Of a DNA stretch of 64,000 bases, positions 49,032 through 62,113 are shown one piece after another. Within the stretch, counting starts at the first letter, position 1. Each line of letters opens with the position of its first letter. The DNA is from Curvularia clavata. Its lineage: Eukaryota. Made by a program: the position numbers and the translations under genes. The notes under the pieces are model-generated. The model was not told the DNA's origin, ran no database searches, and saw only the letters and a list, made by a program, of their open reading frames with translations. Location: the NCBI GenBank assembly GCA_023920165.1, contig CP089276.1:1302001-1366000 (forward strand), written 5' to 3'.

Positions 49032-50204
49032 ATGGCCGACGACAAACCCCATTGCAAAGTCATCCTCGCCAACAACATTGCCAAGGGCCTTCTAGACGAA
49101 GTACGCGATGGCCTGACAAAAATCGGTCGCAAGCCGCTGCTCGTAGGCTTCCTGTCGAGTGCCGACCCCGCCGCCAGAGTCTACGCAGAATGGACCGGCA
49201 AGACCTGTGTTGAAAAGTGAGCAACAACGACTTCGTTTTGCAAACCCAGTACCCTCAACAGAATACATACCCCTCTACGCACGCGAGAGAATGAGGGATG
49301 TTCCAAATGACTAACAGGTTTGCGTCTCTCACAGTGGCTTCGCCTTCGAACTACGCGAAGTCGACCGCGAACTCCTCGAAGACGCGCTCATCGAAGCCAA
49401 CAACGACGCCTCTGTCGACGGCATAATCGTCTACTACCCTATCTTCGGCAACCGCCAAGACCAATACCTACAACAAATTGTGTCGATTGACAAAGATGTC
49501 GAGGGTCTCTCCCACCGCTACATCTTCAACATGTACCAGAACATCCGCTTCCTCGATGCTGCCGAGACGAAGAAGAGCATTTTGCCCTGCACCCCGCTAG
49601 CTGTGATCAAGATACTCGAGTATCTCAGGATATACAATACCATTCTGCCATATGGAAACCGTCTCCACGGCCGCACCATCACAGTTATCAACAGGAGCGA
49701 AGTCGTGGGCCGACCGCTCGCTGCGCTGCTGGCAAACGATGGCGCGCACGTGTACAGCGTGGATATCAACGACGTGCAGGAGTTTACGCGTGGGGCTGGG
49801 CTCCGGAAGCGCCGCCACGAGGTCGTTGAGAAGCCTGGCTGGACGCTCAAAGACTGCCTCCCGCTCAGCGACGTTGTGATCAGCGGTGTGCCAGGCGACA
49901 AGTACAAGGTGCCGCTCGAGCTGATGCGTGAGGGTGCCGCGTGCATTAATTTCTCGAGTGAGAGAAACTTCACGCCAGAGGTTAAGGAGAAGGCGTCAAT
50001 CTATGTGCCGGCGATTGGAAAGGTGACGATTGCGGTGTTGTTGAGGAACCTGCTCGTACGTATATATACTGCGGAATACCACATGATGAGGTTTTGTTGG
50101 CTAACAGATTACCACAGCGTCTCGCTCAGAACAAGATCGATGCTGCTGCCCAGGGCGTCGAGCAAACTTCCTCGGCAGAGCCAGTCATTGAGTCCAAGCC
50201 GTAG
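49032..50204 (+). CDS. MTD1: NAD-dependent methylenetetrahydrofolate dehydrogenase (3 exons)
   Basis: Exons 49032-49216, 49335-50055, 50118-50204; YAEWT, KDVEGL, KSILPCTPLAVIKILEYL, INRSEVVGRPLAALLANDGA. Confidence 0.95.
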
Positions 50205-50705
50205 CCGGACATTTTGACCAACCTCCTGCTTTGTTGAAAATGTCCCTTTTGATACCCTTAGAAGGCCGACGCGCCACCCAAAAAAGTCATCATGTTCTGC
50301 TGTCTTTCTATGCACTGCTCCAGGTATTGATACTGTTGCTATATCAGAAGCCGTGCCTCACTTTACTACGTCACGCTGTCCGGAGGACGGCAAACAAAAT
50401 GCTTTTTCTTGTCCTGGGCTCTGAGCGCATAGCAGACTCACTCAACACTGAGAGACTCTGGACACCATATCATGGGTTAACTCGAGCTTCCCAAAACCAA
50501 TTAGATCGCATTTCATCGTAGAGCTAAACTGCAATAAAACCTGAAAACCTAGACGAGGCCTCCCAGGCAAAAAAAAGGACGTCATTACCCAAATAAGCCA
50601 AAGACACCATGGCTATGCAAAACTCCGCAATTAGCAAAAGTCGCAAATAAGTTCAAACATTATCGCGTTCTCCAGTCCCGTGCCAATGGTACTCTGGAAG
50701 ACCCC

Positions 50706-53700
50706 CTATGGTGCTTCCGGTGGCATAGGGACAGGTACGCTTTCAACCTTGATCTCTGTTGCTTGGGGCTCGTAAACATCGCTCTCGGCTTCCTGTGCCG
50801 GCCTCCTGGGCAAGGGTCTCTCCCTCTCTTCGTAGTACAAATACTCTTCAGAACGGCTGTTGTATCTCTGTGGCGGCGGCCTTTCGTACTGGACTGGCAC
50901 GTAGCCATAAGGATCTGGTTCGTAGCGATGGGGTTGGTGCGGCATGTATGGGCCACGTTGTCTGGGGTCACCTCGCACGCGAATGACTTCATACTCGTGG
51001 ATGGGATGGCCGTATTCGTCTACATAGACTGAAGGCGCTCCGCGAGGTTCATCATATCGATATCTTGGTGGCGAGTATGCAGGCACATGTGGATGCATGC
51101 GATCCTGCACTGACACATACCCTCGTGGATGACGGCGCGCGTGTGAGTAATAACCATCGTCTTGCCCATGTTGATCAACACTGTGCTCTCTGGAGTAGTC
51201 CGGTTCATAGTCATGCTCAGCGCTGGGTTGTGGCGTCTCTTGCTCATCCAGACGACGACGCTGCTCCTCGTATCTCCTGCTCTGTGACCTACTCATACTG
51301 GATCCACGACCATATGGGTCGTCGCGTGCGACGCTCATGTACCGCGAATAGCGAGAGTGTCCACGGTGTTCGTAGGGCCGGTCTCTGCGACGCTGGGGCC
51401 CAGGTCTTCGTGACGGGGGGCCGCTCGGGCCAGACATGGGCATACGGTGTCCATTGGGCTGATAATCATCGTACCTGGAGCTGTTGGAAACGGTAGATGG
51501 AGCTCTGGGGTGTGGCGGGCCCAGCGGGCGAATCGGGGCGTTTGGTTCCGGCGGTACAGGGGCTTCTGAAGGTGGAGGCGTGTAACGAGCTCCTGCTTCG
51601 TTCTCTTGCGGTGGTACAGAAGGGTCGGCTTCTGGCTGCGGCGGTGGCGGAGGCTGGGGAGGTTCATTTTCAGCTAAGAACTTGTCTGCTGCAGCCTGTC
51701 CTTGTGATGGGCTGGCATCGCGTGGTGGACGCTCATTCACATAGCGGTACTCAGATCGACGGTCATCCTCTTCGTAGTATCTGACCGACCGTGGGTAGGC
51801 ACTATACTCCCGGCTGCCATGACTTCCTTCACGGGGGTGCGCGTAGACAATTTCTTCTGGTGGTCCGTAGTATCGCTCCTGCTCCCGGAATGCTGTCCGG
51901 CGACCCGTGTAATCGTCATACGCAGGGCCTGCGTGAAAGATCCTTGGACTAGGGGCATACTCGACGTATTCACGTGAGTGATGGTACCCGTCGTCTAGAT
52001 GATCCCTGGGCATCTGAAGAATTAATAGTTAGCGCTCTGAAGGATTTAGCGAGGTGCTTTGTGTAACTTACATAGTACCGAGATTCACCATAGTGGTGTG
52101 GTCTACGATCTGCAGGCGAGCTCTCTCTGTAAAATCGTTTCGCATTCATGGAGCTTGACGCATCATTGGTTTCGCTTGCGAGAGCTGGACGATGAGGTGC
52201 ATACGTGGTGTCAGGCGGTTTCGCAGGCAACGACGGATTAGCTTCAGCCCCAGCCATGATCGAAGTAGCAGCAGCGCCTCCTCCTGGTTCGCCTGGAGCA
52301 TTGGTTGCGCTGGGCGCTTTTTCTGCGTCTTTGGGGCCAGAGGAAGCGGGCGAGGCCAAGCCATGGCCGTCAGTTACGTCCATCTTGGGCAGTGGCATAG
52401 GAAATAGGCTGGGAAATACTGTTGCAATCATGAGTAGCTTCTCATCGTCCATACCTACGGCGTGGATTAGGCCGGAGATGAAGCGCTCACTCGGAAGCTC
52501 GATCATGTTTTCCTTCCAATCAAGCCTTGCAGCCGGAACTCCATGACCTGGAATAGGTTGCGGATAGGGTAGGTGCTGATTCCGGAAATGTATCATGAGG
52601 TTCAACACGGTATATGTTGTTCTCTCTTCAGATTTCGAGTAGAAAGAGCCTGCAGGATGATGTGCAGACCCAACCTGACATGCCTTGCATGAGAGGCCAG
52701 GCGCGTTCTTCAATGCTTTGGGAATCTCATGATTGGAAAGAGCCTCGATGAAGTGATTCAAGTTAGGTTCGTGGTTGAACTCTACATGAAACTTGGAGAT
52801 GACTCGATGTAACAGCACGTAAACCCGGAGACTATTTGGCATGTCCTTGATACCCGAGGTCCGTTTCCACATGTCCTGAGTCATTTCGATGACGGTACTT
52901 ACTTGCTTGTCAAACGAGCTAGTACTTTGGCCAGTATCTTCTGTACCGTTGGGGACGGTCTCAGGCATTCCGTGGCTGGGTGGTGGCATGTTGGGGGGAG
53001 GAGGTGGTGCTATGGCATTGTTGATCATCGCTGGGGATGTCAAGTAGGGGTTCTGAGCAGCATGGGGAGCATATCCTGGAGGGCCCATTGCCTGGTGTGT
53101 ATACACATCCACAGGAGTGGCATATGGCTGCGGATAATCCAATCCATTCATCGAGCCGGGCGGCATCTGTGGCGGAGCAAAAGGTCCTGCATACTGGTTC
53201 CCATAGTTGTAAGGCCCGGGACTCGCTTGTGGAAGGTGCGTTGGCATGTGTGGAGTAGCTGTCCCTGCACGTGAATACCCACCGAAATAGCCACCATACC
53301 CACCTGTGGTTGCCGCGGCGTAGTGAGTAAGAGGAGGATTCTTGACGGACAAAGGCTCCGGATGGAAAGGTGGCTCCTCTGGCCATTCGGCTTCTCTCCA
53401 AGCAACCACGACATTTCCAGAACTGAAGGCAGCCGTATGCTTTGCTCCATAGTGCTGAACAACGCCTTCGAAACCATAGTACTTGTTGTTGTGTTCGCAG
53501 CCATTGCCATAGCAAAGGAAGATCTCCTTTCGGAACGGTTCCGTTAGTGGCTTGATCTTGTTGTCGTATACCCACTTCATGTTTTCCAGGACCAGTTTCG
53601 GTCGGGAATCTGCATGGTCAGTAGAAGTCGATGCGCCCTGAGCACCATCGCTTTCTGTCTTCTCGGCATAGAAGGTGCGCCGAACGTGGGCAAGCAGGTC

Positions 53701-55425
53701 GGCTGCAAATTTGGGGCTGTTCTCGTGAGTGACGGCTTGGCCATGATCCCATACTCGATTGATGAATTCCTCGGCAATCGCATCAAGTCTGTCACGGATA
53801 GGGCGTTGCGTCTCTTCCCAGTCCCGATCCATGGCTTCTTTGGCCTCTTTGGAATTCGCATCAAGATGACGACGGTCCTGGGATTTGTTGGAAAGAGAAG
53901 CTGTGCGCGACACGTGGTCAGCCTCTGCCTGTTGGGCCGCAGGGAGTTGGGCTATCAAGCGGGGTTGGAGCACACTCCATGCATAATCGTTCATTGGCTG
54001 AGATATCTGAATAGCTGCCTTGAAAGAATCCATGTGGCGCAAGATGTTGGGCGCGATTGGAGGGACCATGAGCTGACAGCGACGTTCTATGTCGCTTTTT
54101 CGGGACGCCTTGGCCTCGTTTGCATCGTGTAGATTCCTCTGGCCAGACGGCGTAAAAGCCTGAGGTGGAGCTGTGGGGGGCCGCGCTTGCGCGTGCTGTG
54201 ATGATGGGGCTACCGCTGTTAGGTTGCGAACTGGAGGGGTGCTGTCAAGATGTCGAGAGGTATTGCCATGTTTGGCAGCAAATGAGACAGCAGAACCATA
54301 CTTACTCGCTGGAACCGGGGCGTGAATTATAGGCGACGGTGTTCGATGCGGGGGTGATTTGGATGAATGCTTGTGTGACGTGGCGGCGTGGGAGGGAGCT
54401 GCAGAGACAGCACGCTTCGCCCCCATCCTGTGCTCGTCTACAGACTGGCTCCTGGCCTCCCAGCGCTCCCAGTTTTCCGCAAGCTTCATGCGCTCCTTTC
54501 CTCTGGCGTCGAGGCCTTTGGACCACTCTTCGGCCGCCGCAGAGCCATGACTGAGAGCGTCGTTGAGTTCGTGGGTAATTTCCTCGACATGCTTCTTGTA
54601 ATAGTACTTTGCAATTTCGACGTGGGCGGGAGTTGTCGCAGACTGCAGCAAGTAAGCTGGGACGTAGTGCTGGTCGTTTGTGAGAAGGGCGAAGGGGAGA
54701 GCTGGTCGCAGGGCCGAGGCGGCGGAGAAGAGAAGGCTCGCGTCCTAGGAGGTCAGTCGCGACTCGCTGCGTAGCCGGAGTTTGCGAATACTCACTGTCT
54801 GACACTGTTGGAGCAGACACGGCCCGCAAGCCCTGATGGCGAAGGGCCAGATGACGCGCACGCCGGTTTGACCGGGGCCCTTTTGCCATATGCGCTCACC
54901 TGGAGAGTGAGAATCAAGCTTGTTACAAAACTGGCACCTCTTTGACCAGGCGAGCTGCCACATTTGCAGCTCAGTAAAGCCCGGAAGAGGCTTTGGGGGC
55001 TTTGTAGATAGTGCATTGCGGGCAGAGGCCCACAACGATTCAGACTTTAGGAGATGCAGACGGCCAGCGCCCGACTTTGAAGTCGAGGCGGAGGGCACGT
55101 CTGTGAGATAGGAACGAAAAGATCGATTGACCTGGATCAATCGACCGAGATCAGCGAGGGAACAAAAGGAGAAGATGTGCTGCCACAGCTCTGGTGGTAG
55201 CCCCGCACAGCACGGCAGGGTGCTGGCGAGCGAAGGAGACGACGCGCGACGGTTGCGCTTCCTGTCATGGTGGTGGATGGGAGCATCCTCATCATCAGCC
55301 TTGCGCTTCGCGAACGGCGGCGCATCACTCTGGGCAGCAGCAGCAGTAGCCGTCGAGTGCGAAGGGTTTGCGTCGGAGGCGTAGAAGTCGACCGACGACA
55401 CGACGCTCGACTCACGATCCTCCAT
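50706..55425 (-). CDS. Large F-box domain protein with Cys/His clusters and low-complexity Pro/Tyr/Arg tail (~1500 aa)
   Basis: F-box LPPELWQHIFSFCSLADLGRLIQVNRSF; CQFC..CGPC; FLC...C...H...H; exons 55425-54796, 54744-52072, 52013-50706 in frame (a further in-frame intron near 54300 is possible). Confidence 0.78.
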
Positions 55426-55976
55426 GGTGAATGACAGCGGTGCTCACGCATGCCAGCCTAGACGAGCGCCATGATGGGGGTTGCTGTTGTTGGGGGGAGC
55501 TGGGGCAGGGCTAGGGACATAAAGACCGGGCGGCGGGTCGTATCCTCAGCGCGTTCAGCAGCGTGCGGCAGCGTGGAGCAGCGTGGTTGGGAAAAAGCGG
55601 TGCGTTGGGTGTGTTGTCGATGGCTAGGTGGATGGTTGTCGTGGCAGAGTGGAGGTGTAGAGGCAGGCTAGAACGCAGCTAGACTAAAGGCCATGGAAGG
55701 CCATGCCAGCGTTCCCCCGGGCGCGGCACAGACTCCCCCGCCAAGCAAATGACATAGCAGCCCAATTGCATGCTTGCGTACTCTGGACGCATCCGACTGA
55801 GCTGGTCGACATCTCCACCTGCCGCTCCTTCCTCTTCCTCTCCACTGCTCTTACCCTGCTACTACTAACACCACTCCTCGCCCCTCTTGTCCCTTCCCTC
55901 CGCCCCTCCCCTCCCCTCCCCCTCCTCCCCCAAGCTTCGTCACCCACGACGGCTTGCTCTCTACACTCCGCCCACC

Positions 55977-58783
55977 ATGGCCACGCTCAACACCTCCACC
56001 AACGGCCCAAACATCACAAGGAGCTACCAGAACGTCGTCAACGCTCCCGCTCCCTCCGGCGCCCAGGCGAGCTCTCCCACATACGGCCAGTGGGCCGTCT
56101 TCACAGTCACTGCCCCGCTCGTCAGTGCCTTCCAACATGACAGCGGAAAAGAGAGCGTTCTCAAGGTCCAGAGCACCGGAGGTATGTGATACACTTTCCC
56201 TGTGTCCCAATTGCTTGCAGCACTGGCTCGCGGCCGCGTACTCGCTATGGGGAGCTGCCTAAGTGGCGCTGGCCTGTCAGCCCAAGCGCAGGTCCCGGCA
56301 CCTTACCAAGCACCACGCATCATTGATGTCCGAGGTTACAAAAGTGCAATTGCTGACTTCCTGCGCAGAGGGTGAGCTAGCCGACCTGGTCGACGAGTTC
56401 TCAGAGGGCCGCATCCAGTTTGCCTTTGTCAAAGTCAAGGACCCAAATTCGTCGCTGCCTAAGAACGTCCTGATAGCTTGGGTAAGTTGGGCACTGACGT
56501 CGCGGCGAGCATAGCACTAACGCGCACCCAGTGTGGCCAGGGCGTCCCAGAGCGGACAAAGGGCTACTTTGGCAGCCATCTTACCGTCGTCTCAAAACTT
56601 CTGCATGTAGGCGTGGTCCCCTGAACCCCAGGCTCTATCGCGCAACCTCTAATTATCCCAGGGATACCATGTTCAAGTCACCGCTCGTTCGGAAGACGAC
56701 ATCACCCCCGAAAAGATTGTCCAGAAGGTCGCCGATTCTTCGGGCGCGAAGTACTCAGGCGGCGCAGACATTCCTTCGTCAGGCGGCCCACCTCCCGTTG
56801 CGAAGAAGCCTGTCTTCACACCCACATCGGTAGGAGGCGCAGGTTCGGGCTTCAACCCACTGGGACGCTCGCGCGCTCCTGCGCCAAAGGCTGACGAAGA
56901 TGGAGATGGCTGGGGTGCTGATGCCCCGCCTGTCACTAGGTCGCAGCTGGAGAAGGTTGGAACCGCCTATCAGCCCACCAAGGTCAACATGGCCGAGCTC
57001 ACCGCAAGGAAAGACGATTCGACATCAAATGACCGCCCAGAGGTAGTCAAGGGTGCATATCAGCCAGTTGGAAAGGTCGACATCGCGGCTATCCGAGCTC
57101 AAGCAAAGGATGCCAAGGATGACCGACCAACCGTGGTCAAGGGCGCATACGAGCCTGTCGGCAAGGTCGACATTGCAGCTATCCGTGCAAAGGCCCAAGC
57201 CGCTCCTCCGTCTGCTGCATCAGCTCCCAACGACGACGAAGAGGAGAGGCCAAAGTCCCTTGCCGAAAGATCAGCAGCCTTCAAGGCGCAGCCTGAACGC
57301 CTTACCAGCATGCCGAAACCAAAGGTTGCCAACAAGTTTGCCGGTGCCAGCACATTCACAGGCACCAAGGCCCCTACCCCAGGAGGATTCGGTGCCAAGC
57401 CTCCAGTTCCTGCGCCGATTGTTGGCGCCGCAAGCAAGACCTTTGCAGACGAGGGAGGCAAAACACCTGCGCAGATCTGGGCTGAGAAGAAGGCAGCGCG
57501 CGGCGAAGCTGTCCCAGCGCCTGCTGTTGACGCTGGAAGCCGTCCGGCTCCTCTTCAAAGCCAGCAAAGCGGAGGTGGTGGTTGGCAAAGCGGCTACTCT
57601 GGCAAATCCTGGGCGCCCGTACAGACTACTCGAACGGGCCAGTCCGCTGGAAACCTCAACGAGCAGCGGACAGGCGGTTCGCCGCCCCCGACAGAAGAGC
57701 CAACCTCCCCTTCTGGTGGTGTGAGCTCCCTCAAGGACCGTTTTGCAGGTGCTGCCCCAATGGGAGCACCAAGCTCACGTCCTGTGCCTGAACCAGCGGC
57801 TTCTAGCCCGCCGCCTCTCGACAACGCGAGCAAGCCCAACGCAGGCATTAGGGGTGGTGTTGCCATGCCTGGCCTTCCTAGCCGACCCAAGGAGCCAGAG
57901 CCAGAACCAGAACAAGAAGAGGTTCCCGCAACTCAGCACCAGCGTATGCCTTCTCCACCTCCACAGCCCCGCAGCCCCTCTCCTGAGCCTTCTGGTTCAC
58001 CTGTGCGCATCGCCATGCCCGTCGCTCGTGGAAAAGAGCCAGAAGAGATTGCTCCTGCTGAGGAGAAGGCACCACCCATGCCTACTCGTTCCCTGGATCA
58101 AGCCGCTCAGCAAGCTCGTGACATCTCTCCAGAGCCCAAGGTTGAGGCCAAGGATCCCGCTCGTGGCGCCGGTGCTGCCGTTGCTGCTGCCACATTTGGT
58201 GCCGCTGCTGTGGGTGGTGCTGCTGTTGGCGCTGCTGTCGCCGCTGGCCACGATGATGAGCCCGCGGCCGCAGGAGGCTCCGGAAAGCGTGCAGTCATTC
58301 TTTACGACTACGAAAAGGCCGAAGATAACGAAGTCGAACTCCGTGATGGCGAGTATGTCACTGATATCGACATGGTAGATGAGGATTGGTGGATGGGTAC
58401 CAACTCGCAAGGCGAGCGTGGTCTATTCCCTGCCAACTATGTCGAGTTGGTTGAGGACGAGGATGCCGGTGCCGGTGCCGCACCACCACTGCCCACGCAT
58501 CCCTCTGCGCCACAAGAGCCAGAGCCCGCTGCGGCACCACCACAGGCTGCTGGTGGTTCAGGTCCTACTGCGACTGCTCTCTACGACTATGAGGCTGCAG
58601 AAGACAATGAACTGAGCTTCCCTGAGGGTGCCACTATCACTGGGCTGGTAAGTAATCTTGACCCTACTAGCAGACTATGCGCTGACATAACCCCAGGAAT
58701 TCCCCGACGAGGATTGGTGGCTGGGTAGCTTCAACGGCCAGTCAGGTCTCTTCCCTGCCAACTATGTCGAGCTCAATGAGTAA
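55977..58783 (+). CDS. ABP1: Actin-binding protein Abp1 (ADF-H domain, Pro-rich linker, two SH3 domains; 5 exons)
   Basis: Exons 55977-56181, 56369-56481, 56532-56606, 56662-58647, 58697-58783; SH3 motifs LYDYE.AEDNE, DEDWW, GLFPANYV twice. Confidence 0.92.
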
Positions 58784-59397
58784 AAACACGTGGAAAAGGG
58801 AAACAAGCCTCCGTGGACCATTTCTGTTAGCCCACGTGGGCACGCAGGTCGCTCCATGTCGATGAGCTTGATCACAAAAAGTATAGGTATTTTAGCCAGA
58901 AATAACACTATCAATTCTGATTGCATCTCTGCGTCTCGATGATGATTCGTAAAACTGTGAGTCCATAGTGGTTTCTGCGCATGGAACCAGGTTCCAGAAG
59001 CTCTAATCATGGTCCCGGAATACCAATTAACATGGTCATGATTGGTGCATAGCCACATTGCCGACTCCCAACGCCCCTATATATCCAACCCAACATACCC
59101 TGAGGTGGAGCCTTGCCTCTCTCTTGTATGGCATTTGTTATAGCAGCAGATAAAACCATAGTTGGTCGGAGCGAGCATCAAGTCAACCATGGATGGCCAG
59201 GTGCTTGCTTCATTTTGGTCTGCCCATGCTCCAATATGAATTTCGACACAGCCGTACAGACCAAGTTAAAAGCAGCATCAGTCTCCCATAGTATCTCACT
59301 AACATCCCAGGCCTGAACGTCAACCCAATCCCAAGCACAAGATACACACAGTACGCCTCCAACTCATACATCCACACCAACACACTCCTACTAGCGC

Positions 59398-60801
59398 ATG
59401 ACATCTAGTTATCCCATTAATTTTGCACATAAAAAGATGTTCGCGCAAGCCTGCCATAGGTCTTCAATAGGCGAGTTTTTCGCCCTCATCGGCGCTCTTT
59501 TACTCGCCTTCGGCATCACAGTCGCTTTCGTGTCCTACGGATTACTATGCTCGGAAGAGTCTGTCAAGATCAAGGGCATCAAGTCCCTCCTTGAAGCAGC
59601 AGAGGCAGAAATCTCCAAGGCCCAAAACGCCCTTGACAAAGCCAAGATCGACGCAACCAACACGCAAAAGCAACTCAAAGAAGGCCGTCTCCTTCTCCAC
59701 GCCTCAAGGGAAGAAACCAAAATCTTGCGTGGCCGCCTCGAACGCCTACAGGCTCAGTGCAAGGCCAACGTGGACAACTGGGAGAAAGTCCGTGCCGACG
59801 AGCATGCCAGACACACAGCCATCACTTCGAGTCTAAACGAAGAGCTCAACAGCAACACAGCCTTCAACGACAAACTCTCCTCGGACCTCGACAAAGCCAA
59901 CGCCACAATCTCCTCTCTAACCTCACAGCTCGCCGCCGCCAAAACCACCATCAAATGCCAAGCCGAAGAAATCAAAGTCTCGATAGCATCGCTCAAATCC
60001 CAAGCTTCACAGCTCTCGGCCAACAATTGTACCATTGCCGCGCACGCCCGCGATCTGACCATTGCCAAGGCGACCATCGAGTACCAGGCACGTAATGTAG
60101 CCAGTTTGTACAAGGAAATTGATTTTCAGCGCAAGCTGTGTGAGGCGTGGAGGGAGACGAATGGGGCGACGGTGAGGACGCTGCAGGCGAGGATTGTGGA
60201 GGGCGACAAGGAGAGGGTGGGGTTGAAGAATAGGATTTGGGAATTGGAGGGCGTGGTTTGGATGATGGGGAAGGGGGAGGCTAAGGGAGTAGAAGTAAAG
60301 GAGGAGAAGGAGGAGGCTGAGGGAAAGAGTGAGGATGTGGAGGTGAACGAGAAGGAAGAGGAGAAGGTGGAAGAGGAGATGGAGGAGAGGATTGAGGAAC
60401 AGGAAGAGAGGGGTGAGAAGGATGCACAGGAGGAGTGTGAGGAGGAGTGTGAGGAGGAGTGTGAGGAGGAGTGTGAGGAGGAGTGTGAGGAGGAGTGTGA
60501 GGAGGAGTGTGAGGAGGAGTGTGAGGAGGAGTGTGAGGAGGAGTGTGAGGAGGAGTGTGAGGAGGAGTGTGAGGAGGAGTGTGAGGAGGAGTGTGAGGAA
60601 GAGAGTAGTTCCGAGGCCAACACGCCGGATTCTGATAGCGGAATGGACGATTGGGACCAAGGCTACGATTGCGATGAGGAGTCTGAGGGAGACGGCGAGT
60701 GGGTCTCTGAGAGCTACGACGAGCAGAATGAGTGGGACGATCAGGATGAGATCGTCGAGAGCACTGACGAAGATGGAGATGAGGATGTGGTTCTTGTTTG
60801 A
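59398..60801 (+). CDS. Hypothetical membrane-anchored coiled-coil protein with highly acidic, (EEEC)n C-terminus
   Basis: 467-aa ORF; hydrophobic segment FFALIGALLLAFGITVAFVSYGLL, heptad-like region, then Glu/Asp-rich tail. Confidence 0.65.
   Translation: MTSSYPINFAHKKMFAQACHRSSIGEFFALIGALLLAFGITVAFVSYGLLCSEESVKIKGIKSLLEAAEAEISKAQNALDKAKIDATNTQKQLKEGRLLLHASREETKILRGRLERLQAQCKANVDNWEKVRADEHARHTAITSSLNEELNSNTAFNDKLSSDLDKANATISSLTSQLAAAKTTIKCQAEEIKVSIASLKSQASQLSANNCTIAAHARDLTIAKATIEYQARNVASLYKEIDFQRKLCEAWRETNGATVRTLQARIVEGDKERVGLKNRIWELEGVVWMMGKGEAKGVEVKEEKEEAEGKSEDVEVNEKEEEKVEEEMEERIEEQEERGEKDAQEECEEECEEECEEECEEECEEECEEECEEECEEECEEECEEECEEECEEECEEECEEESSSEANTPDSDSGMDDWDQGYDCDEESEGDGEWVSESYDEQNEWDDQDEIVESTDEDGDEDVVLV
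60430..60597 (+). repeat. Perfect 12-bp tandem repeat (GAGGAGTGTGAG)x14
   Basis: 168 bp of identical units, encoding 14 Cys at 4-residue spacing in poly-Glu. Confidence 0.95.
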
Positions 60802-61232
60802 TTGCCTACGGTTCTGGTGCTTTTTTTGCCTCTAGCTACTCTTCTCTACAGTTTTTCTCACTTTCAAGATAGATGTATACGCCACAGGTGTTTAGATATC
60901 CTATGTTACTCTTTTTCGCATCTCTTTAAATTTTGAGATGAACATATACGCTACGGGTTGTTTGCTTGTCCCCATGAGGTGGCGTTTGATTTGACGTCAG
61001 TGATTTCTCCTCCTTCACCTTTCCTTGGGGGGTCTGTGCGCGCTAGTGGTGAGTATGAGGTTGTTTGCTTGCTACTAATCCCTTCCACCTTTTAGACTCG
61101 TGTCAAATCACTTCTAACCCTCAAATTCAGTCTCTCAAAGCTGTATTTGCCACAGTCCTCAAAGATATGTCAGGTGTACCCTTCAACACTATACCAACGC
61201 AAACGTGCAGTCAATCGTGCGAGGTGGCAGCG

Positions 61233-62113
61233 ATGGCGACACAGAGCACCTCGAAAGCGGCAGAGCCCGACGTAGCGAAGGAGCCAGTGTTATGGGGGTC
61301 AATACACTCAGTGTCACTGCTAAACCATTCGAAAATTGCTCACTAATAGATCTCCAGAGATATGATGCTGTCGGATCCTGTCATCGTCAAGGTCGGACTA
61401 GAGCAGCAGCAGTATTATGTTCATAAGGACCTCATTACTCGTCACTCGTATTGTTTCTACAATGCTCTCAAGGGCCCTTGGAAAGAAGCACACGATAAAT
61501 TAATCTCCCTTGACGATGTTGAGATAACAACCTTCGATGTTTTCTTTCATTGGCTTTACTTCCAGAGTCTTGCACCAGCTAGAGAAGTGTGTCGAATAGT
61601 ACTCGGCTGTTCTCTCAAATTTCTGAAAGACCAAAAGCACACAAGAGTTGGCAAAGAAGGCCAGAAGTTGCTGTTCCTCGCATTAACAAAAGCTATTGTC
61701 TTTGGAGATGGGATTTTTTGCCCCAAATTTTCACAAGCAGCCCATAACGCTCTTGTAGATTTAATTATCGAGATCAAACCGGATTCGAGCGTAGTCATGT
61801 TGGCAGTGGCTCAATACGCTGAAGAGAATCTACCGGCAGACAACAAAATCCATCACTTCTTCCTTCTGGTGCTGTACGAATTGTTGTTGGAAGAAAAAAA
61901 AAGATTGATGTGGAGACGAGGAACGGCCCAAATTTGATTCTGATGAGAATTACTGAAACGTTCTTAGCAGCCGAGTTCTGTGACCTTGAGGATTTCTGGT
62001 GCCATCACTGCAAGCACCATGAGCACACCAATGATCAGGAGCGGAAGGACTGCATAAAATGTCGGAAGTGCAAGGCATGCACTCAGCGGCCGCGGCGGCG
62101 ACAGGTGCTTTAG
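61233..62113 (+). pseudogene. BTB/POZ domain gene interrupted by a frameshift at an A9 run (pseudogene, slippage site or sequencing error)
   Basis: BTB: VIVKVG..QQYYVHKDLI..S..FYNALKGPWKEA..ISLDDV..TFDVFFHWLY. Frame stops at 61937; a CKHHEH..ERKDC tail continues in the -1 frame to 62113. First exon 61233-61297 is tentative. Confidence 0.6.

Noticed and set aside
60430..60597. CRISPR-like array or telomeric repeat
   Set aside because: No spacers, eukaryotic context, and the unit is not TTAGGG; it is a simple in-frame minisatellite. The LLLT, SSSH and RRSV ORFs are its other reading frames.
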